DNA from: a virus | Lineage: Duplodnaviria > Heunggongvirae > Uroviricota > Caudoviricetes | Length of the DNA: 21,121 nucleotides | Reading direction: 5' to 3' (one strand) | Virus record (IMG/VR): IMGVR_UViG_2778261276_000011 | Span: 1 to 21,121 of that record | Part shown: piece by piece, positions 14,071-21,121 of the stretch | Position numbering within the stretch: position 1 is the first letter of the stretch | Layout: every line of letters begins with the position of its first letter | Program-made: the position numbers and the translations under genes | The notes under the pieces: generated by a model | Seen by the model: only the letters and a program-made list of their open reading frames with translations | Databases searched by the model: none | What the model was told of the DNA's origin: nothing

Positions 14071-17000
14071 ATGGGTAAAGGTGGCAGCAAGGGGCACACT
14101 CCTCGCGAAGCGAAAGATAACCTGAAATCCACGCAGTTACTGAGCGTGATTGATGCGATCAGTGAAGGGCCGATTGAAGGTCCGGTGGATGGCTTAAAAA
14201 GCGTGCTGCTGAACAGTACGCCGGTGCTGGACACTGAGGGGAATACCAACATATCCGGTGTCACGGTGGTGTTCCGGGCTGGTGAGCAGGAGCAGACTCC
14301 GCCGGAGGGATTTGAATCCTCCGGCTCCGAGACGGTGCTGGGTACGGAAGTGAAATATGACACGCCGATCACCCGCACCATTACGTCTGCAAACATCGAC
14401 CGTCTGCGCTTTACCTTCGGTGTACAGGCACTGGTGGAAACCACCTCAAAGGGTGACAGGAATCCGTCGGAAGTCCGCCTGCTGGTTCAGATACAACGTA
14501 ACGGTGGCTGGGTGACGGAAAAAGACATCACCATTAAGGGCAAAACCACCTCGCAGTATCTGGCCTCGGTGGTGATGGGTAACCTGCCGCCGCGCCCGTT
14601 TAATATCCGGATGCGCAGGATGACGCCGGACAGCACCACAGACCAGCTGCAGAACAAAACGCTCTGGTCGTCATACACTGAAATCATCGATGTGAAACAG
14701 TGCTACCCGAACACGGCACTGGTCGGCGTGCAGGTGGACTCGGAGCAGTTCGGCAGCCAGCAGGTGAGCCGTAATTATCATCTGCGCGGGCGTATTCTGC
14801 AGGTGCCGTCGAACTATAACCCGCAGACGCGGCAATACAGCGGTATCTGGGACGGAACGTTTAAACCGGCATACAGCAACAACATGGCCTGGTGTCTGTG
14901 GGATATGCTGACCCATCCGCGCTACGGCATGGGGAAACGTCTTGGTGCGGCGGATGTGGATAAATGGGCGCTGTATGTCATCGGCCAGTACTGCGACCAG
15001 TCGGTGCCGGATGGCTTTGGCGGCACGGAGCCGCGCATCACCTGTAATGCGTACCTGACCACACAGCGCAAGGCGTGGGATGTGCTCAGTGATTTTTGCT
15101 CGGCGATGCGCTGTATGCCGGTATGGAACGGGCAGACGCTGACATTCGTGCAGGACCGGCCGTCGGATAAGGTGTGGACCTATAACCGCAGTAATGTGGT
15201 GATGCCGGATGATGGCGCGCCGTTCCGCTACAGCTTCAGCGCCCTGAAGGACCGCCATAATGCCGTTGAGGTGAACTGGATTGACCCGAACAACGGCTGG
15301 GAGACGGCGACAGAGCTTGTGGAGGACACGCAGGCCATTGCCCGTTACGGTCGTAACGTCACGAAGATGGATGCCTTTGGCTGTACCAGCCGGGGGCAGG
15401 CACACCGCGCCGGGCTGTGGCTGATTAAAACGGAACTGCTGGAAACGCAGACCGTGGATTTCAGCGTGGGTGCTGAAGGGCTTCGCCATGTACCGGGCGA
15501 TGTTATTGAAATCTGTGATGATGACTATGCCGGTATCAGCACCGGTGGTCGTGTACTGGCGGTGAACAGCCAGACCCGGACGCTGACGCTCGACCGTGAA
15601 ATCACGCTGCCATCCTCCGGTACCACGCTGATAAGCCTGGTTGACGGAAGTGGCAATCCGGTCAGCGTGGAGGTTCAGTCCGTCACCGACGGCGTGAAGG
15701 TAAAAGTGAGCCGTGTTCCTGACGGTGTTGCTGAATACAGCGTATGGGGGCTGAAGCTGCCGACGCTGCGCCAGCGACTGTTCCGCTGCGTGAGTATCCG
15801 TGAGAACGACGACGGCACGTATGCCATCACCGCCGTGCAGCATGTGCCGGAAAAAGAGGCCATCGTGGATAACGGGGCGCACTTTGACGGCGAACAGAGT
15901 GGCACGGTGAATGGTGTCACGCCGCCAGCGGTGCAGCACCTGACCGCAGAAGTCACTGCAGACAGCGGGGAATATCAGGTGCTGGCGCGCTGGGACACGC
16001 CGAAGGTGGTGAAGGGCGTGAGCTTCCTGCTTCGCCTGACCGTGGCAGCGGATGACGGCAGTGAGCGGCTGGTCAGCACGGCCCGGACGACGGAAACCAC
16101 ATACCGCTTCAGGCAGCTGGCGCTGGGGCGGTACACGCTGACAGTCCGGGCAGTAAATGCCTGGGGGCAGCAGGGAGACCCGGCGTCGGTATCGTTCCGG
16201 ATTGCCGCACCGGCAGCACCGTCGAGGATTGAGCTGACGCCGGGCTATTTTCAGATAACCGCCACGCCGCATCTTGCCGTTTATGACCCGACGGTACAGT
16301 TTGAGTTCTGGTTCTCGGAAAAGCAGATTGCGGATATCAGACAGGTTGAAACCAGCGCGCGTTATCTTGGTACGGCGCTGTACTGGATAGCCGCCAGTAT
16401 CAATATCAAACCGGGCCATGATTATTACTTTTATATCCGCAGTGTGAACACCGTTGGCAAATCGGCATTCGTGGAGGCCGTCGGTCGGGCGAGCGATGAT
16501 GCGGAAGGTTACCTGGATTTTTTCAAAGGCAAGATAACCGAATCCCATCTCGGCAAGGAGCTGCTGGAAAAAGTCGAGCTGACGGAGGATAACGCCAGCA
16601 GACTGGAGGAGTTTTCGAAAGAGTGGAAGGACGCCAACGATAAGTGGAATGCCATGTGGGCTGTCAAAATTGAGCAGACCAAAGACGGCAAACATTATGT
16701 CGCGGGTATTGGCCTCAGCATGGAGGACACGGAGGAAGGCAAACTGAGCCAGTTTCTGGTTGCCGCCAATCGTATCGCGTTTATTGACCCGGCAAACGGG
16801 AATGAAACGCCGATGTTTGTGGCGCAGGGCAACCAGATATTCATGAACGACGTGTTCCTGAAGCGCCTGACGGCCCCCACCATTACCAGCGGCGGCAATC
16901 CTCCGGCCTTTTCCCTGACACCGGACGGAAAGCTGACCGCTAAAAATGCGGATATCAGTGGCAGTGTGAATGCGAACTCCGGGACGCTCAGTAATGTGAC

Positions 17001-17469
17001 GATAGCTGAAAACTGTACGATAAACGGTACGCTGAGGGCGGAAAAAATCGTCGGGGACATTGTAAAGGCGGCGAGCGCGGCTTTTCCGCGCCAGCGTGAA
17101 AGCAGTGTGGACTGGCCGTCAGGTACCCGTACTGTCACCGTGACCGATGACCATCCTTTTGATCGCCAGATAGTGGTGCTTCCGCTGACGTTTCGCGGAA
17201 GTAAGCGTACTGTCAGCGGCAGGACAACGTATTCGATGTGTTATCTGAAAGTACTGATGAACGGTGCGGTGATTTATGATGGCGCGGCGAACGAGGCGGT
17301 ACAGGTGTTCTCCCGTATTGTTGACATGCCAGCGGGTCGGGGAAACGTGATCCTGACGTTCACGCTTACGTCCACACGGCATTCGGCAGATATTCCGCCG
17401 GATACGTTTGCCAGCGATGTGCAGGTTATGGTGATTAAGAAACAGGCGCTGGGCATCAGCGTGGTCTGA
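14071..17469 (+). CDS. J: tail tip central fibre / host specificity protein (lambda gpJ family)
   Basis: The 1132-aa ORF begins [42 protein letters not shown]..., which matches the lambda J N-terminus as recalled. The length is the same as lambda J. Confidence 0.95.
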   Translation: MGKGGSKGHTPREAKDNLKSTQLLSVIDAISEGPIEGPVDGLKSVLLNSTPVLDTEGNTNISGVTVVFRAGEQEQTPPEGFESSGSETVLGTEVKYDTPITRTITSANIDRLRFTFGVQALVETTSKGDRNPSEVRLLVQIQRNGGWVTEKDITIKGKTTSQYLASVVMGNLPPRPFNIRMRRMTPDSTTDQLQNKTLWSSYTEIIDVKQCYPNTALVGVQVDSEQFGSQQVSRNYHLRGRILQVPSNYNPQTRQYSGIWDGTFKPAYSNNMAWCLWDMLTHPRYGMGKRLGAADVDKWALYVIGQYCDQSVPDGFGGTEPRITCNAYLTTQRKAWDVLSDFCSAMRCMPVWNGQTLTFVQDRPSDKVWTYNRSNVVMPDDGAPFRYSFSALKDRHNAVEVNWIDPNNGWETATELVEDTQAIARYGRNVTKMDAFGCTSRGQAHRAGLWLIKTELLETQTVDFSVGAEGLRHVPGDVIEICDDDYAGISTGGRVLAVNSQTRTLTLDREITLPSSGTTLISLVDGSGNPVSVEVQSVTDGVKVKVSRVPDGVAEYSVWGLKLPTLRQRLFRCVSIRENDDGTYAITAVQHVPEKEAIVDNGAHFDGEQSGTVNGVTPPAVQHLTAEVTADSGEYQVLARWDTPKVVKGVSFLLRLTVAADDGSERLVSTARTTETTYRFRQLALGRYTLTVRAVNAWGQQGDPASVSFRIAAPAAPSRIELTPGYFQITATPHLAVYDPTVQFEFWFSEKQIADIRQVETSARYLGTALYWIAASINIKPGHDYYFYIRSVNTVGKSAFVEAVGRASDDAEGYLDFFKGKITESHLGKELLEKVELTEDNASRLEEFSKEWKDANDKWNAMWAVKIEQTKDGKHYVAGIGLSMEDTEEGKLSQFLVAANRIAFIDPANGNETPMFVAQGNQIFMNDVFLKRLTAPTITSGGNPPAFSLTPDGKLTAKNADISGSVNANSGTLSNVTIAENCTINGTLRAEKIVGDIVKAASAAFPRQRESSVDWPSGTRTVTVTDDHPFDRQIVVLPLTFRGSKRTVSGRTTYSMCYLKVLMNGAVIYDGAANEAVQVFSRIVDMPAGRGNVILTFTLTSTRHSADIPPDTFASDVQVMVIKKQALGISVV

Positions 17470-17530
17470 GTGTGTTACAGAGGTTCGTCCGGGAACGGGC
17501 GTTTTATTATAAAACAGTGAGAGGTGAACG

Positions 17531-18151
17531 ATGCGTAATGTGTGTATTGCCGTTGCTGTCTTTGCCGCACTTGCGGTGACAGTCACTCCGGCCCGTGCGG
17601 AAGGTGGACATGGTACGTTTACGGTGGGCTATTTTCAGGTGAAACCGGGTACATTGCCGTCGTTGTCGGGCGGGGATACCGGTGTGAGTCATCTGAAAGG
17701 GATTAACGTGAAGTACCGTTATGAGCTGACGGACAGTGTGGGGGTGATGGCTTCCCTGGGGTTCGCCGCGTCGAAAAAGAGCAGCACAGTGATGACCGGG
17801 GAGGATACGTTTCACTATGAGAGCCTGCGTGGACGTTATGTGAGCGTGATGGCCGGACCGGTTTTACAAATCAGTAAGCAGGTCAGTGCGTACGCCATGG
17901 CCGGAGTGGCTCACAGTCGGTGGTCCGGCAGTACAAGGGATTACCGTAAGACGGAAATCACTCCCGGGTATATGAAAGAGACGACCACCGCCAGGGACGA
18001 AAGTGCAATGCGGCATACCTCAGTGGCGTGGAGTGCAGGTATACAGATTAATCCGGCAGCGTCCGTCGTTGTTGATATTGCTTATGAAGGCTCCGGCAGT
18101 GGCGACTGGCGTACTGACGGATTCATCGTTGGGGTCGGTTATAAATTCTGA
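17531..18151 (+). CDS. lom: outer-membrane beta-barrel protein Lom (Ail/Lom/PagC family)
   Basis: The 206-aa product has a signal peptide (MRNVCIAVAVFAALAVTVTPARA) and a C-terminal ...GVGYKF beta-barrel terminus. It sits in the lambda lom position between J and stf. RBS GAGAGGTGAA. Confidence 0.9.
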   Translation: MRNVCIAVAVFAALAVTVTPARAEGGHGTFTVGYFQVKPGTLPSLSGGDTGVSHLKGINVKYRYELTDSVGVMASLGFAASKKSSTVMTGEDTFHYESLRGRYVSVMAGPVLQISKQVSAYAMAGVAHSRWSGSTRDYRKTEITPGYMKETTTARDESAMRHTSVAWSAGIQINPAASVVVDIAYEGSGSGDWRTDGFIVGVGYKF

Positions 18152-18176
18152 TTAGCCAGGTAACACAGTGTTATGA

Positions 18177-18208
18177 CAGCCCGCCGGAACCGGTGGGCTT
18201 TTTTGTGG
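18177..18208 (+). terminator. rho-independent terminator downstream of lom
   Basis: Stem GCCCGCCGG / CCGGTGGGC (one G.U pair) followed by TTTTTTGTG. Confidence 0.7.
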
Positions 18209-18215
18209 GGTGAAT

Positions 18216-20540
18216 ATGGCAGTAAAGATTTCAGGAGTCCTGAAAGACGGCACAGGAAAACCGGTACAGAACTGCACCATTCAGCTGAAAGCCAGACGTA
18301 ACAGCACCACGGTGGTGGTGAACACGGTGGGCTCAGAGAATCCGGATGAAGCCGGGCGTTACAGCATGGATGTGGAGTACGGTCAGTACAGTGTCATCCT
18401 GCAGGTTGACGGTTTTCCACCATCGCACGCCGGGACCATCACCGTGTATGAAGATTCACAACCGGGGACGCTGAATGATTTTCTCTGTGCCATGACGGAG
18501 GATGATGCCCGGCCGGAGGTGCTGCGTCGTCTTGAACTGATGGTGGAAGAGGTGGCGCGTAACGCGTCCGTGGTGGCACAGAGTACGGCAGACGCGAAGA
18601 AATCAGCCGGCGATGCCAGTGCATCAGCTGCTCAGGTCGCGGCCCTTGTGACTGATGCAACTGACTCAGCACGCGCCGCCAGCACGTCCGCCGGACAGGC
18701 TGCATCGTCAGCTCAGGAAGCGTCCTCCGGCGCAGAAGCGGCATCAGCAAAGGCCACTGAAGCGGAAAAAAGTGCCGCAGCCGCAGAGTCCTCAAAAAAC
18801 GCGGCGGCCACCAGTGCCGCTGCGGCGAAAACGTCAGAAACGAATGCTGCAGCGTCACAACAATCAGCCGCCACGTCTGCCTCCACCGCGGCCACGAAAG
18901 CGTCAGAGGCCGCCACTTCAGCACGAGATGCGGTGGCCTCAAAAGAGGCAGCAAAATCATCAGAAACGAACGCATCATCAAGTGCCGGTCGTGCAGCTTC
19001 CTCGGCAACGGCGGCAGAAAATTCTGCCAGGGCGGCAAACACGTCCGAGACGAATGCCAGGTCATCTGAAACAGCAGCGGAACGGAGCGCCTCTGCCGCG
19101 GCAGACGCAAAAACAGCGGCGGCGGGGAGTGCGTCAACGGCATCCACGAAGGCGACAGAGGCTGCGGGAAGTGCGGTATCAGCATCGCAGAGCAAAAGTG
19201 CGGCAGAAGCGGCGGCAATACGTGCAGAAAATTCGGCAAAACGTGCAGAAGATATAGCTTCAGCTGTCGCGCTTGAGGATGCGGACACAACGAGAAAGGG
19301 GATAGTGCAGCTCAGCAGTGCAACCAACAGCACGTCTGAAACGCTTGCTGCAACGCCAAAGGCGGTTAAGGTGGTAATGGATGAAACGAACAGAAAAGCC
19401 CCACTGGACAGTCCGGCACTGACCGGAACGCCAACAGCACCAACCGCGCTCAGGGGAACAAACAATACCCAGATTGCGAACACCGCTTTTGTACTGGCCG
19501 CGATTGCAGATGTTATCGACGCGTCACCTGACGCACTGAATACGCTGAATGAACTGGCCGCAGCGCTCGGGAATGATCCAGATTTTGCTACCACCATGAC
19601 TAACGCGCTTGCGGGTAAACAACCGAAGAATGCGACACTGACGGCGCTGGCAGGGCTTTCCACGGCGAAAAATAAATTACCGTATTTTGCGGAAAATGAT
19701 GCCGCCAGCCTGACTGAACTGACTCAGGTTGGCAGGGATATTCTGGCAAAAAATTCCGTTGCAGATGTTCTTGAATACCTTGGGGCCGGAGAGAATTCGG
19801 CCTTTCCGGCAGGTGCGCCGATCCCGTGGCCATCAGATATCGTTCCGTCTGGCTACGTCCTGATGCAGGGGCAGGCGTTTGACAAATCAGCCTACCCAAA
19901 ACTTGCTGTCGCGTATCCATCGGGTGTGCTTCCTGATATGCGAGGCTGGACAATCAAGGGGAAACCCGCCAGCGGTCGTGCTGTATTGTCTCAGGAACAG
20001 GATGGAATTAAGTCGCACACCCACAGTGCCAGTGCATCCGGTACGGATTTGGGGACGAAAACCACATCGTCGTTTGATTACGGGACGAAAACAACAGGCA
20101 GTTTCGATTACGGCACCAAATCGACGAATAACACGGGGGCTCATGCTCACAGTCTGAGCGGTTCAACAGGGGCCGCGGGTGCTCATGCCCACACAAGTGG
20201 TTTAAGGATGAACAGTTCTGGCTGGAGTCAGTATGGAACAGCAACCATTACAGGAAGTTTATCCACAGTTAAAGGAACCAACACACAGGGTATTGCTTAT
20301 TTATCGAAAACGGACAGTCAGGGCAGCCACAGTCACTCATTGTCCGGTACAGCCGTGAGTGCCGGTGCACATGCGCATACAGTTGGTATTGGTGCGCACC
20401 AGCATCCGGTTGTTATCGGTGCTCATGCCCATTCTTTCAGTATTGGTTCACACGGACACACCATCACCGTTAACGCTGCGGGTAACGCGGAAAACACCGT
20501 CAAAAACATTGCATTTAACTATATTGTGAGGCTTGCATAA
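18216..20540 (+). CDS. stf: side tail fibre protein (lambda Stf family), apparently full length
   Basis: The 774-aa product begins [26 protein letters not shown]... (lambda Stf N-terminus as recalled). It has a long Ala/Ser/Thr-rich low-complexity central region and a C-terminal region with His-x-His repeats ([21 protein letters not shown]). ATG at 18216; the ORF track's GTG at 18210 is two codons upstream. Confidence 0.9.
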   Translation: MAVKISGVLKDGTGKPVQNCTIQLKARRNSTTVVVNTVGSENPDEAGRYSMDVEYGQYSVILQVDGFPPSHAGTITVYEDSQPGTLNDFLCAMTEDDARPEVLRRLELMVEEVARNASVVAQSTADAKKSAGDASASAAQVAALVTDATDSARAASTSAGQAASSAQEASSGAEAASAKATEAEKSAAAAESSKNAAATSAAAAKTSETNAAASQQSAATSASTAATKASEAATSARDAVASKEAAKSSETNASSSAGRAASSATAAENSARAANTSETNARSSETAAERSASAAADAKTAAAGSASTASTKATEAAGSAVSASQSKSAAEAAAIRAENSAKRAEDIASAVALEDADTTRKGIVQLSSATNSTSETLAATPKAVKVVMDETNRKAPLDSPALTGTPTAPTALRGTNNTQIANTAFVLAAIADVIDASPDALNTLNELAAALGNDPDFATTMTNALAGKQPKNATLTALAGLSTAKNKLPYFAENDAASLTELTQVGRDILAKNSVADVLEYLGAGENSAFPAGAPIPWPSDIVPSGYVLMQGQAFDKSAYPKLAVAYPSGVLPDMRGWTIKGKPASGRAVLSQEQDGIKSHTHSASASGTDLGTKTTSSFDYGTKTTGSFDYGTKSTNNTGAHAHSLSGSTGAAGAHAHTSGLRMNSSGWSQYGTATITGSLSTVKGTNTQGIAYLSKTDSQGSHSHSLSGTAVSAGAHAHTVGIGAHQHPVVIGAHAHSFSIGSHGHTITVNAAGNAENTVKNIAFNYIVRLA

Positions 20541-21121
20541 TGGCATTCAGAATGAGTGAACAACCACGGACCATAAAAATTTATAATCTGCTGGCCGGAA
20601 CTAATGAATTTATTGGTGAAGGTGACGCATATATTCCGCCTCATACCGGTCTGCCTGCAAACAGTACCGATATTGCACCGCCAGATATTCCGGCTGGCTT
20701 TGTGGCTGTTTTCAACAGTGATGAGGCATCGTGGCATCTCGTTGAAGACCATCGGGGTAAAACCGTCTATGACGTGGCTTCCGGCGACGCGTTATTTATT
20801 TCTGAACTCGGTCCGTTACCGGAAAATTTTACCTGGTTATCGCCGGGAGGGGAATATCAGAAGTGGAACGGCACAGCCTGGGTGAAGGATACGGAAGCAG
20901 AAAAACTGTTCCGGATCCGGGAGGCGGAAGAAACAAAAAAAAGCCTGATGCAGGTAGCCAGTGAGCATATTGCGCCGCTTCAGGATGCTGCAGATCTGGA
21001 AATTGCAACGGAGGAAGAAACCTCGTTGCTGGAAGCCTGGAAGAAGTATCGGGTATTGCTGAACCGTGTTGATACATCAACTGCACCTGATATTGAGTGG
21101 CCGACTTCACCTGCAGAGTAA
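20540..21121 (+). CDS. tfa: tail fibre assembly protein (lambda Tfa family)
   Basis: [44 protein letters not shown]... matches lambda Tfa as recalled. The ATG overlaps the stf stop (TAATG), and the stop codon is at the last three bases of the window. Confidence 0.9.
   Translation: MAFRMSEQPRTIKIYNLLAGTNEFIGEGDAYIPPHTGLPANSTDIAPPDIPAGFVAVFNSDEASWHLVEDHRGKTVYDVASGDALFISELGPLPENFTWLSPGGEYQKWNGTAWVKDTEAEKLFRIREAEETKKSLMQVASEHIAPLQDAADLEIATEEETSLLEAWKKYRVLLNRVDTSTAPDIEWPTSPAE

Noticed and set aside
14671-16695. 674-aa minus-strand ORF
   Set aside because: Entirely antisense to the well-supported J gene, Arg/His/Pro-rich and with no RBS context; a typical artefact of antisense frames in GC-rich coding sequence.
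18439-19663. Long ORFs on both strands (283 aa and 316 aa minus, 200 aa plus) inside stf
   Set aside because: They overlap the Ala/Ser/Thr-rich repetitive region of Stf, where low codon diversity keeps alternative frames open; their products are low-complexity (poly-Ala or Arg/Pro/Gln-rich).

Overview
Read by eye with no database search, this window is the left arm of a defective lambda-like prophage interrupted by a roughly 7.5 kb P4/PICI-like integrative element. From the left: the cosB region (the window starts about 25 bp right of where lambda's cosN would be), terminase Nu1 and A, head-tail joining W, and a portal gene B that loses homology near 3630. The inserted element (about 3631 to 11200) encodes a P4-type tyrosine integrase, AlpA, a Bro-N protein, a leftward cassette with a ribbon-helix-helix regulator, an Icd-like small gene heading an operon of overlapping small ORFs, an AAA/RecA-type Rep, an iteron origin and an SSB-like protein. 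To its right, a capsid E fragment is joined out of frame to a start-less tail gene L, then K, I, J, lom, stf and tfa look intact. All head-completion, tail-tube and tape-measure genes are absent, so the prophage cannot form particles. The most interesting unexplained region is the leftward cassette at 6100-7270, which has phased repeats, several hairpins and a divergent promoter/operator.
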